Of a stretch of 64,000 bases of DNA, positions 32,054-40,891 are shown piece by piece (the stretch's first letter is position 1; each line of letters opens with the position of its first letter). The translations under genes and the position numbers were made by a program. The stretch comes from Candidatus Hadarchaeales archaeon (lineage in GTDB: Archaea; Hadarchaeota; Hadarchaeia; Hadarchaeales; Hadarchaeaceae), in the NCBI GenBank assembly GCA_038851075.1, contig JAWCLG010000003.1, positions 33,820 through 97,819 on the forward strand, written 5' to 3'. Under the pieces are notes generated by a model, which worked only from the letters and a program-made list of their open reading frames with translations, was not told the DNA's origin and did not search any database.

Positions 32054-33112
32054 ATGACCGTTTCCTCGATATACGTAATTTCTCCGGCGGAATGCTCAGG
32101 AAAAACCAGCATCATAGTTTCCATGGCCATCAAAGCGAGGGAACTCGGAAAAAGCGTCGGGTATTTCAAGCCGATAGGATACAGATCTCCGGTGGAACAG
32201 ACCGAAGAGCACATTGACGACGATGCAAAAAATATTAAGGAGATACTCGGCCTTGAAGAAGAACCAGATGTCCTGTGTCCAGTCGTTATCGACAAACAAG
32301 ATTTTTTGAAGAATATCTCGCAAAAAAATGAAATAAGAAAAAGAATAATCGAATGCTATAAAAAAGTATCTAAAGGAAAAGATCTGCTGCTCATCGAGGG
32401 TCCCCACTCAATTTCAGGGGGAATATCTATCGACTGCGCAGCACCGGATCTAGCCAGAGAGTTTGGCTCAAGAATAATAGTGGCAGCAAACGCAGAAAAC
32501 GACTCATTTATGGAGGAGCTTCTACTTACCGTAAAATTCTGCGAGAGGTACAGTATAACTCCTGCAGGAGCGATACTCAACAAGGTTTCAGATTACTATT
32601 CTGAAGTGGAGAGCGCGGTGAAATCTATTCTCGAAAAAGAGGGAATCGAGCTGCTGGGATCTATACCAAAGAACGAGATACTCGGCTCACCCCGGGTTCT
32701 TGAGATAGTCGACTCTATTGGCGGAGATATCATCGCAGGAAGAGAGGGTTTGGGCAACATCGTCCAAAACCTGATGATCGGGGCAATGTCTCTGGAAAGC
32801 GCGATGAAACATTTCCGCAAGAGCACAAAAAAGCTCGTGATAGTCGGCGGGGACAGAACCGACATCATCTCGGCGGCTCTGGAAACGGGGGCCTCCGCGG
32901 TTGTCGTCACCGGAAATCTCTACCCGAGTGTAAAGATACTGCCAAAAGCGGACGAGCTTAAAACACCGGTGCTGCTTGTCCCATATGACACCTACACGGC
33001 GCTTAGCATGATTCAAAAAATAGTTGGGAAGATAAAACCCAATGACAGAGCTAAAATTGACGTCATAAAAAAATTTGGAGCAAACATCAACTTGGATAAA
33101 ATCATGAACTAG
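32054..33112 (+). CDS. Pta-N-terminal-like protein: DTBS/CobQ-type P-loop domain plus DRTGG domain
   Basis: The SGKTSI P-loop with YFKPIG is followed by the DRTGG signature VIVGGDRTDIISAALETGASAVVVTG. Confidence 0.7.
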   Translation: MTVSSIYVISPAECSGKTSIIVSMAIKARELGKSVGYFKPIGYRSPVEQTEEHIDDDAKNIKEILGLEEEPDVLCPVVIDKQDFLKNISQKNEIRKRIIECYKKVSKGKDLLLIEGPHSISGGISIDCAAPDLAREFGSRIIVAANAENDSFMEELLLTVKFCERYSITPAGAILNKVSDYYSEVESAVKSILEKEGIELLGSIPKNEILGSPRVLEIVDSIGGDIIAGREGLGNIVQNLMIGAMSLESAMKHFRKSTKKLVIVGGDRTDIISAALETGASAVVVTGNLYPSVKILPKADELKTPVLLVPYDTYTALSMIQKIVGKIKPNDRAKIDVIKKFGANINLDKIMN

Positions 33113-35567
33113 AAAACTTTCTGGTACCAGCCCCTATCTCCCTGACAATCCTTCCAACGTTTTCTCTCGGATTGGACGAGTTATAAATCGCGCTTCCCGC
33201 TATGCATATGTCGGCTCCAGCGGCGACCACATCTCCAGCGACGCCTTCCTTTATGCCTCCGGCGACGGCCAGCAGAAAGTCTCCGGCAACTTTCTTTGCC
33301 TCCGATATGAGCTGCGCCTGTTCATATATTCCCCTGCCCTTCAGCTGCTCGCTTATTCCCCTGTGGATGCAGAAGATAACCCTGTTTTCATGACCCCCAA
33401 GGAGTTCCTTCAGCTCTCTCATAACATGCAACGGGTTCAAACAGTCTATGAAATCCACGAGAACCGCTCTGTCCCATCTTGTGGCCTCGCTGATCGCCTC
33501 CATTACCTTGGTCTTGCCCCCGATGGCCAGTACAGCTGACACGTCGGCCCCTGCTCTGAACGCTATTCTGGCTTCCAAGTTACCTACGTCCATGGTCTTC
33601 AGGTCAGCTACAATTATGGCATCCGGAGCGACCTTTCTGAGCGCCGGGATAAGACGATCGACTCCATGCCTTTTGACTGCTGGTGTGCCAGCCTCGATGA
33701 TACGTGCACCTCCAAGGTAAGCATCCTTCGCAACTGAGGAGATCGTTTCAATGTCTGAGTCCATATCCAGAGCGACCTGAAGCGCGGGAAGAGAGAGCCT
33801 CTCGATGGGGCTCAGAACGACCTCAAACTTCCTGGCAAACTGAACCCTCCTCAACCGCACTGGTTTCGGAACACCCTTGGTGCTCCATTCCCTCTCGGAA
33901 TAATAAGCTCTGATAAGCCCCCTAAGATCAATGCCAAAATCTCCCGGAAGCCTGTCATCCCCGGGCCCAAATTTTTCTCTGATGTTGAAAAGACGCTCTG
34001 TGTCATAAATGCGTGACCCGACATCGTGGAGATACTCTCCGGTCCACAGCATACCCGTGACCGCGGTCAGCGCCTTTGCCACATCGTCAAGCTCATAGTC
34101 AAGCGTTGCGAAAAGCGCGAATCCATGGTACTTGCATCCGATCATTGAATCGTAAACCGCAAAAGCATCCTGCATTCTCCTCACCAGCCTTGCCTTTCCC
34201 CTGTCTGATCTCGGGTCCACAAACTCCGGATTACTCAGTATCTCTGGTCCAATGGTATACGCACGGAGGTGACACGCCCCCCTATTTGATGTCGCATAAG
34301 CGAGTGCTATCCCTCTCGCGCCTCTTGGATCATATGCCGGAAGTTCAAGTCCCTTCACGATCGGTGCCAGCAGCCCCTTTACCCTCCCGATTTTTGCAAG
34401 TCCAAACGAATACTTTGACCTTCCACCCGCTATCTCCCTGATAAGTCTCCTCGCATCCTCGATTCCTTTTATTTCTTCAGCCTTCCTTGCGTATCCCAGA
34501 ATTCCGCCGACAGAAATCGCATCAAGACCCAGCTCATCGCACATCCTGTTGAGCTCCGAGATCTGTTCGTACTCATAAAATCCTGAATTCGGACCCAGCA
34601 TCACGATATTCTCGAACTCCGCGCCCTTACCCTCCCGCCCTCCGACATTGACCCATCTGCCGCAGGCCGTGGGACACGCGAAACAAGCGGTCTTTCTGAC
34701 GAGATATTTCTCCCGCACCGTCTCTCCGGAAAACGCGTCCACGTCATCAAAACTCAACCTTCTTCCAGAGAAGTTATCGTTTGGGAGCATGCCCGCGGCT
34801 GTTATCCTGTGAACCAGCAGCGCGGTTCCAAATCTGGCCAGGCTTCCATCGATTCCTGTGATGGGGTGCGTCTCAACTATCTTTCTGATCTTTTTCAGTA
34901 CTTTTTCAAACTCCCCGGGGTGCTCAACCCTTACCTTTTGGGTACCTCTCACAACCACCGCCTTCAGCCGCTTTGATCCCATAACCGCGCCCATACCGCA
35001 CCTTCCCGCAAATCCCTCCCTGCCGCCCTTTCCGGCGGTGTAAACGCACGCCATTCTCGCCAGATTTTCACCTGCAGGACCTATCGTCGCCACCCATGAA
35101 CCACCGTGTGAATTAAGAAGCTCGCTGCCAGCTTCCACCGTGCTTTTGCCCCAGAGTTCCCCTGCATCCTCAATCGAGACATTTTCACCATCCACTGAGA
35201 GATAAACGGGCTTTTTGGAGGCGCCTTCAAAAACGATACCGTCAAAGCCGGCCATCTTCAGGAAAGCACCGAACGACCCGCCCATCAGCGAATCCGCCAC
35301 GGTCCCTGTCAAAGGAGACTTTGAACAAACAGCGGTTCTGCCGGCTCCCGGATACGGAGTTCCGGTGAGGGGCCCTGTCATGAACACTATCCTGTTTACA
35401 GGACTCAGCGGATCGGTTCCGGGAGCAAGCTCATCGTAGAGCAGCTTTGCGGCGTACCCCCTTCCGCCAAGATAGTTGTAAGCCACCGAGAGGTCCAGCT
35501 TCTCAACTTCTGTTCGCCCTTCTGTGAGGTCAACGCGCAGAATCCTTCCCGCATAACCCCCGACCAT
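33102..35567 (-). CDS. Fusion protein: aldehyde:ferredoxin oxidoreductase (AOR family, tungstopterin) N-terminal ~590 aa plus 3-hexulose-6-phosphate synthase-like (OMPDC superfamily) C-terminal ~226 aa
   Basis: The AOR part has MVGGYAGRILRVDLTEG...YNYLGGRGYAAKLLY and the Cys cluster context CFACPTACGRW. The C-terminal part starts at LPALQVALDMD (nt 33782 downward) and continues with ADLKTMDVG and AVAGGI...AGSAIY, as in HPS. It is one uninterrupted ORF. Confidence 0.85.
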   Translation of the reverse strand: MVGGYAGRILRVDLTEGRTEVEKLDLSVAYNYLGGRGYAAKLLYDELAPGTDPLSPVNRIVFMTGPLTGTPYPGAGRTAVCSKSPLTGTVADSLMGGSFGAFLKMAGFDGIVFEGASKKPVYLSVDGENVSIEDAGELWGKSTVEAGSELLNSHGGSWVATIGPAGENLARMACVYTAGKGGREGFAGRCGMGAVMGSKRLKAVVVRGTQKVRVEHPGEFEKVLKKIRKIVETHPITGIDGSLARFGTALLVHRITAAGMLPNDNFSGRRLSFDDVDAFSGETVREKYLVRKTACFACPTACGRWVNVGGREGKGAEFENIVMLGPNSGFYEYEQISELNRMCDELGLDAISVGGILGYARKAEEIKGIEDARRLIREIAGGRSKYSFGLAKIGRVKGLLAPIVKGLELPAYDPRGARGIALAYATSNRGACHLRAYTIGPEILSNPEFVDPRSDRGKARLVRRMQDAFAVYDSMIGCKYHGFALFATLDYELDDVAKALTAVTGMLWTGEYLHDVGSRIYDTERLFNIREKFGPGDDRLPGDFGIDLRGLIRAYYSEREWSTKGVPKPVRLRRVQFARKFEVVLSPIERLSLPALQVALDMDSDIETISSVAKDAYLGGARIIEAGTPAVKRHGVDRLIPALRKVAPDAIIVADLKTMDVGNLEARIAFRAGADVSAVLAIGGKTKVMEAISEATRWDRAVLVDFIDCLNPLHVMRELKELLGGHENRVIFCIHRGISEQLKGRGIYEQAQLISEAKKVAGDFLLAVAGGIKEGVAGDVVAAGADICIAGSAIYNSSNPRENVGRIVREIGAGTRKFSSS

Positions 35568-35615
35568 GTTACCACAAACTAATTATCGGTAGAATAAATA
35601 ACATCTTGGGGCACT

Positions 35616-36470
35616 ATGAAGGTAACTGCGAACAGCATCCGGGAGATGAAATCCAAGGGAGAAAAGCTGGTGATGGTTACCGCATACGACTTTCCCACAG
35701 CGGCAATTCTTGATGCGGCTGGAGTCGACTCGATACTCGTTGGTGACTCTGTCGGGAACGTGGTACTCGGATACAGAGACACCCTCCGGGTCACTGTGGA
35801 GGACATGATCCATCACCTGAAAGCCGTTTCGAGGGGAACTGAAAGAGCGCTTGTGGTTGGAGACATGCCATTTATGTCGTATCAGGCCAGCGAAGAGGAT
35901 GCTGTGAGGAACGCGGGCAAGCTGTTCAAACAGGGGGGAGCCGAGGCCGTCAAGGTTGAGGGTGGTGGCCCGATAATCAGAAGAATCCGGGCCATAGTTG
36001 AATCCGGAATGCCCGTTATGGGACACCTCGGCCTGACGCCCCAGTGGTATCACCAGTTCGGAGGGTTCAAAGTACAGGGAAAGACAGGATCAACCGCGAG
36101 GCAGATACTGGATGACTCGGTGAAGATCGAGAGAGCTGGAGCCTTTGCACTTGTCCTCGAGTGTATTCCGTGGCAGCTGGCCAAGCTGATAACCGAAAAG
36201 CTGGAAATCCCTACCATAGGAATAGGGGCCGGACCTTACTGCGATGGACAGGTGCTCGTGCTTCACGACCTGATCGGGATGTCCGATGCCCAGCACAAAT
36301 TCTCCAAGACCTACGCGGACGTGAGGGGCATCATATCCAAGGCGGTGTCCGAGTTCAGAAACGACGTGAGATCGGGAAAGTTTCCGACGCTCGCTCAGAG
36401 CTACGAGATGCCTAGGGAAGAAATGCGAAAGATGCTCTCGGAATTCAGGAAGAAAAGAAAACATTCTTAA
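35616..36470 (+). CDS. panB: 3-methyl-2-oxobutanoate hydroxymethyltransferase (ketopantoate hydroxymethyltransferase)
   Basis: LVMVTAYDFPTAAILDAAGVDSILVGDSVGNVVLGY and GHLGLTPQ are PanB signatures. Confidence 0.92.
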   Translation: MKVTANSIREMKSKGEKLVMVTAYDFPTAAILDAAGVDSILVGDSVGNVVLGYRDTLRVTVEDMIHHLKAVSRGTERALVVGDMPFMSYQASEEDAVRNAGKLFKQGGAEAVKVEGGGPIIRRIRAIVESGMPVMGHLGLTPQWYHQFGGFKVQGKTGSTARQILDDSVKIERAGAFALVLECIPWQLAKLITEKLEIPTIGIGAGPYCDGQVLVLHDLIGMSDAQHKFSKTYADVRGIISKAVSEFRNDVRSGKFPTLAQSYEMPREEMRKMLSEFRKKRKHS

Positions 36471-36564
36471 TTCATCCTTTTTTGACCCAGGAAGGACTTA
36501 TGATGCGGTAGGGTTAAATACACCTGAAAATAGGAATAAACAGTTAAAAATGGAGGTGTGCTGA

Positions 36565-36729
36565 ATGGCATACGTGGTTAAATCTGCGGTCCGGACGTTG
36601 CTGAAGGACGTTCGCGCGAGCGGTGACTTTTTCAAGGGACTCGACGCCCTTGTGGCTGAGAGCTGCAAAAAAGCAATTGCCCGCGCAAAGGCCAACGGGA
36701 GAAAAACCGTCCGGGGCTGTGACCTGTAA
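36565..36729 (+). CDS. Small (54 aa) DUF1931-like / histone-fold-like protein, absent from the ORF track
   Basis: The ATG at 36565 is preceded by GGAGGTG (36552..36558). The translation is MAYVVKSAVRTLLKDVRASGDFFKGLDALVAESCKKAIARAKANGRKTVRGCDL. The ...ERAKANGRKTV..DL ending recalls the DUF1931 family (from memory). Confidence 0.55.
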   Translation: MAYVVKSAVRTLLKDVRASGDFFKGLDALVAESCKKAIARAKANGRKTVRGCDL

Positions 36730-36750
36730 ACGGTCATATAAATTTAATTT

Positions 36751-37140
36751 TTATTTTACTCTTTCAATTTTTCTTCTTCCAAGAGCCTGAATGTACTCTA
36801 CTTCCACTCCCTCTTTCACGTCGCCTCTCAGGTTTATGGGAATCGGGAGCTCAAAAGTTTCGTACGTTGCTAGGTCCATGAGCTGTGCATTGTTCGAGAC
36901 GATGGCAAGCACCTGGGCCGAACCCCTTTCTATTATTGGAACTTCAACCTTTGCGCTGGTCGGTTTCACTATTGTCCGCTTCTGGGAGTCAAAAAGACCA
37001 ACCGCATCGATCTTTGCCTTTGCGTGACCGTGTTTTCCCGGAGCTGAGGTCGAGTATCCCACTATCCTGCAAGGTTCATCATCGATAATTATGAAACGTC
37101 CCTCCTTCAGCTTTCCGACCTCGGTCATCTCCTTTGACAT
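36751..37140 (-). CDS. eif5a: Translation initiation factor 5A (aIF5A)
   Basis: The hypusine loop STSAPGKHGHAKAKI is present. I chose the start at the second ATG (MSKEMTEV...). Confidence 0.9.
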   Translation of the reverse strand: MSKEMTEVGKLKEGRFIIIDDEPCRIVGYSTSAPGKHGHAKAKIDAVGLFDSQKRTIVKPTSAKVEVPIIERGSAQVLAIVSNNAQLMDLATYETFELPIPINLRGDVKEGVEVEYIQALGRRKIERVK

Positions 37141-37261
37141 TTTCGCACCTTTTAACATGTGCTCCCGGAGTTTAAAAATTTTGGTAAAATGCGATTTTTG
37201 AAGATTGAAGAGGGGCGGCTAAGATATAATATGCCTTCAGCAGAGTTTAAGTGGTGGTCAG

Positions 37262-38065
37262 ATGAAGGTCGGTCTTATCGTGAAAACGGAAATCCCGGGA
37301 TCCGTGGAACTCGCAAAGAGAGTCATCTCGATGCTGCCAAAGGATGGCGTGATCCTGGACGGAAAAATAGCGAAAAAGCTCGGAAAAAAACCCGGAAGGA
37401 GATGCGAGTTCAGGGAGGCAGATGCCGTGGTAACAATAGGTGGAGATGGGACCGCGCTGTTGGCCCAATCAATCGCTCCGAACGTGCCGCACCTGGGGAT
37501 AAATATCGGGGAGAGAGGATTTCTGGCAGAGGTTTCTCCGAATGATGCTGCAAAGGCGATCAGACTTTTGAAATCGGGCAAACTTGAAATCGGAAAACGC
37601 GAGAGGTTGAGCTGCTCGGTTATGGGTAGAAAGGTATCGGATGCCCTGAACGATGTTGTTGTGGTCTCTGCAGAACCTGGAAAAGCCGTGACCCTCAGGG
37701 CAGAGGTTGACGGCAGAGAGGTATTTGAAGTAAAAGGAGATGGGATGCTCATATCAACGCCAACAGGGAGCACGGCCTATGCCTACGCAGCCGGAGGGCC
37801 TGTACTGGACCCCAGAGTCCCCGCCTTTGTGCTGGTCCCAATATGTCCGTCCTTTCCCAGAGTTTCACCTGTTGTAGTGCCGATGTCAAGCACTGTAGAG
37901 ATAACAGTGAAAGGGCACGGAAGAAAAGCCTGGGTGATTGTCGACGGCAGGCGCGTGCACTGCGCAGGACCACGTGACCGAATAAGGCTGAATAGATCTG
38001 GGACTCCGGCGCTTTTTTTTAGGTGGGAAGAGTTCTATCGAAAAGTGAGGGAGAAACTGCGTTGA
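37262..38065 (+). CDS. nadK: NAD kinase
   Basis: The GGDGT motif (VVTIGGDGTALLA) and STPTGSTAYAYAAGGP are present. Confidence 0.88.
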   Translation: MKVGLIVKTEIPGSVELAKRVISMLPKDGVILDGKIAKKLGKKPGRRCEFREADAVVTIGGDGTALLAQSIAPNVPHLGINIGERGFLAEVSPNDAAKAIRLLKSGKLEIGKRERLSCSVMGRKVSDALNDVVVVSAEPGKAVTLRAEVDGREVFEVKGDGMLISTPTGSTAYAYAAGGPVLDPRVPAFVLVPICPSFPRVSPVVVPMSSTVEITVKGHGRKAWVIVDGRRVHCAGPRDRIRLNRSGTPALFFRWEEFYRKVREKLR

Positions 38066-38550
38066 CTGGAAAAGTGCTGGTGCTGGACACCTCGGCTGTG
38101 ATAGCCGGGTTCGTGCCTGGGCTGGCAAAGGCAGAGCAGGTCACCGTGAGCGAGGTCATGGACGAGGCAAAAGACCTCTGCTCGAAACTCGAACTGGAAA
38201 CCGCAATCATCACGGGCGGTCTGAAAATTATTGAGCCGTCTCCTGAATCCATCCGCGAGGTCGTTGTTAAGGTCGGAGAAACCAGAGACATGGTTTCGCC
38301 AACCGACATGAAGCTGGTTGCGCTTGCGCTTGAACTCAAGGACAGGGGAGCCGAGATAGTCACTGACGACTATGCCATACAAAACCTGGCCACAATTTTC
38401 GGAATACCATATCGCAAAATCGCAATGCCCGGAATAAAGGAGGTTCTGAGGTGGGAGTTCGTCTGTAACGGGTGTGGAAGAAGATATCCCGTCGACATGA
38501 GGACGTGTCCCGAGTGTGGCTCGTCGCTGACCAGAAAGGCAAAACGATGA
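38062..38550 (+). CDS. nob1: Nob1-like endonuclease (PIN domain plus C-terminal zinc ribbon)
   Basis: The PIN start is VLVLDTSAVIAG and the zinc ribbon is CNGCGRRYPVDMRTCPECG. The likely TTG start at 38062 overlaps the nadK stop (TTGA). The track start 38023 is an alternative. Confidence 0.75.
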   Translation: MTGKVLVLDTSAVIAGFVPGLAKAEQVTVSEVMDEAKDLCSKLELETAIITGGLKIIEPSPESIREVVVKVGETRDMVSPTDMKLVALALELKDRGAEIVTDDYAIQNLATIFGIPYRKIAMPGIKEVLRWEFVCNGCGRRYPVDMRTCPECGSSLTRKAKR

Positions 38551-38586
38551 GTATTTTTATCAGGATGAGCAATATCTGATGGTTGA

Positions 38587-39300
38587 ATGAGAGTTATCGC
38601 CGCATCTTTCACGCCGATCATCGGTAAGGGGGAAAAGACCGCGCTGGAGAAACTGAAAAACAATTCCCAGCGCGTTTTTGACACTGTTAAAAAAGCCGGG
38701 GAGCTTCTGAAAACATACTTTCTAGAGAAGAACATGGAGAAGGCCGAGACTATCGGAAAAGAGGTATCAAGAATGGAAACCGAGGCAGACAGGGGAAGAA
38801 GAGAATTCATGGAGGTTCTCCACAGTGGGGCCTTCCTTCCGGCGCTCAGAGGGGATCTGGCGAGGCTTGCGGAGTCTCTGGACAGGGTTGCTGACGTGGC
38901 AGAGGGGATGATGCGGGACCTCCTCCTCAGAAGAAGATTGATGGATGCGGTTCTCGAGGCTGAGCGCAGGAATCAAAAAGTAAGAGAGCTCTGGGATAAC
39001 ATTTCAAAGATGGTGGAGCTCACGGAAAAGACCGTCAGCGTGATGTGCGAATCGATAAACCTGCTCGACAAAAACATGAACACCGCGATTGAAAAGGCGA
39101 AGGAAGTTGACAGGCTTGAGCATGAGGTCGATATAATCGAACATGATATCCTGCGAAACATCTACGCGCTAGAAAACACATTCGACCCGGTCAGCATATA
39201 CCAGCTCGCAAGCGTGATCAACAGATACGAAAACGTGACGGACAGGGCGGAGGATGTCGGAGATCTGGTTGCAATTCTTGTATATTCTTTCAGGGCGTGA
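38587..39300 (+). CDS. DUF47/PhoU-like phosphate-transport regulator family protein
   Basis: 237-aa all-helical protein with paired E..D/ExxxD repeats (ETEADRGRREF..., LEHEVDIIEHDI), as in TIGR00153/DUF47. It is adjacent to a PiT transporter. Confidence 0.7.
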   Translation: MRVIAASFTPIIGKGEKTALEKLKNNSQRVFDTVKKAGELLKTYFLEKNMEKAETIGKEVSRMETEADRGRREFMEVLHSGAFLPALRGDLARLAESLDRVADVAEGMMRDLLLRRRLMDAVLEAERRNQKVRELWDNISKMVELTEKTVSVMCESINLLDKNMNTAIEKAKEVDRLEHEVDIIEHDILRNIYALENTFDPVSIYQLASVINRYENVTDRAEDVGDLVAILVYSFRA

Positions 39301-39315
39301 ACTTATCTAACCATA

Positions 39316-40293
39316 TCACATCAGACCCAGCGTAAACAACCCTAAGATGGATGCCAGAGCCATCGACGCTGCGGGCACAAGTATCCACACCGCAATTATT
39401 CTCCTCATGCTGCCTAGATTCACGGTTGATACTCCTCTGGAAAGGCTGGCTCCTATCAACCCCCCAACGAAAGCCTGCGTTGTTGACACTGGGATTCTCA
39501 TCTGCACGAATGACCACACGACCACAACGGTACTGAGCTGTGCGGAAAATGCCGTAAAGGCGTCGAGCCTCGTTATTCTGCTCCCAACAGTCCTCATGAC
39601 CTTAGTGCTGTACGTCAGGGCTCCAAAAACCGCTCCCGCCCACCCGAGCACTCCTGCCAACAGAAAGGCGCTCGGCCATCCCTCTCCCGATAAAAAAGGA
39701 TAAAAAAGCCCCGTTGACGCGCCAAGGTCGTTCGCTCCAAACACGTATGCCGTGAGGGCGCTGCTGAGGACCAGCCCGACCAGCATGAAGTGGCTTATGC
39801 CGGAGATGGACGCTATCCTCAAAGTCGCTGAAACGGTTGCCTTCCTCACAAGAAAGGCTCCGGCTGCGGAAAGCAGCGGACTCAGGCACCACGAAACAAG
39901 GACTGCGATGAAGAGACCGGTGTTTATCCATATGCCAGTGCCCGGACAAGCTAAAATGACCACGATTCCAAAACCCATAACCGCACCGACCACCGCCTGG
40001 GAAACCGAAACTGGCATTCCAATAAGAGTGGCCGAAGTCACGGCCACCACGGCCGATATCATCGAAATAAGCGCGAAGAGTGAAAAGCCTGCGATCTGAC
40101 CCTCAAACCCACCCACCAGACCCTCGCCAACTGTGCTCATGTTTTTCCATCCTTCAACCGAGACCCCGAGGGCAAGAAAAACTGTGAATATTATTAGAGC
40201 GTGCCTTCGCGAAAGCATTCCGCATCCCGCAACGGCTCCAACGCATCCGGAAGAATTGTTTGCACCTAGCACCCATGCCGCGTATAGGCCCAC
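39316..40293 (-). CDS. Inorganic phosphate transporter, PiT (PHO4) family
   Basis: Duplicated GANN/GANDxxxxxG signatures (VLGANNSSGCVG, VFGANDLGASTG) in a polytopic membrane protein. Confidence 0.85.
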   Translation of the reverse strand: MGLYAAWVLGANNSSGCVGAVAGCGMLSRRHALIIFTVFLALGVSVEGWKNMSTVGEGLVGGFEGQIAGFSLFALISMISAVVAVTSATLIGMPVSVSQAVVGAVMGFGIVVILACPGTGIWINTGLFIAVLVSWCLSPLLSAAGAFLVRKATVSATLRIASISGISHFMLVGLVLSSALTAYVFGANDLGASTGLFYPFLSGEGWPSAFLLAGVLGWAGAVFGALTYSTKVMRTVGSRITRLDAFTAFSAQLSTVVVVWSFVQMRIPVSTTQAFVGGLIGASLSRGVSTVNLGSMRRIIAVWILVPAASMALASILGLFTLGLM

Positions 40294-40366
40294 TATAACT
40301 GCCGCAAAGCTCAGAAGCTCTATCAGCTGCTCACCAATGTGGATTTGGGCATCATCTAAAAAGAGC

Positions 40367-40891
40367 CTATATCTTGACTATCTCCACGTCCATGTTATCA
40401 AGGTCGACAATCGCCACCGTTCTTTCCCCGGACAGATAACCGCAGACCTCTCCTGGATTCACGCACAATGTTTTCCCGGGTTTTACATCTACCCGGTGTG
40501 TGTGTCCTCTGACCACCAGATCGAACGAACCGGAGTTCACGCACAGGTCCACCAGCTCTTCACCGGAACCATGGAGAAGCGCAATCCTCTTGCCGTTTAA
40601 CCTGAGCACTGCAAAGCTTCCAAGCGGTTTCAGTCCAAGCTCAGACATCCTTGCCTCTATCGTTTTCTTATCTCCTTCATTGTTGCCCCACACATAGTGT
40701 AGCTTCGCCTTTAGCTTTGCAAAGCATGCCACGACAAAGGGTGAAACCAGGTCGCCGGCATGCAGAACGTGGTCCACCCCACTGGAGTTGAATATCTCAA
40801 CCGCACGATCAACCGCATTTACGTTGTCGTGGGTGTCCGCCATCAATCCTATCTTCACGCAAATCCCATTCGAATAATTTTCTTTTCCCAT
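40367..40891 (-). CDS. MJ0936/YfcE-family metallophosphoesterase
   Basis: The motifs ADTHDN, HAGDLVSP, GNNEGD, LLHGS and GHTH occur in the canonical order. Confidence 0.8.
   Translation of the reverse strand: MGKENYSNGICVKIGLMADTHDNVNAVDRAVEIFNSSGVDHVLHAGDLVSPFVVACFAKLKAKLHYVWGNNEGDKKTIEARMSELGLKPLGSFAVLRLNGKRIALLHGSGEELVDLCVNSGSFDLVVRGHTHRVDVKPGKTLCVNPGEVCGYLSGERTVAIVDLDNMDVEIVKI

Noticed and set aside
36498-36737. 79-aa minus-strand track ORF
   Set aside because: It has no RBS or motifs. The plus strand carries a Shine-Dalgarno-preceded 54-aa ORF with family-like features, which I annotated instead.
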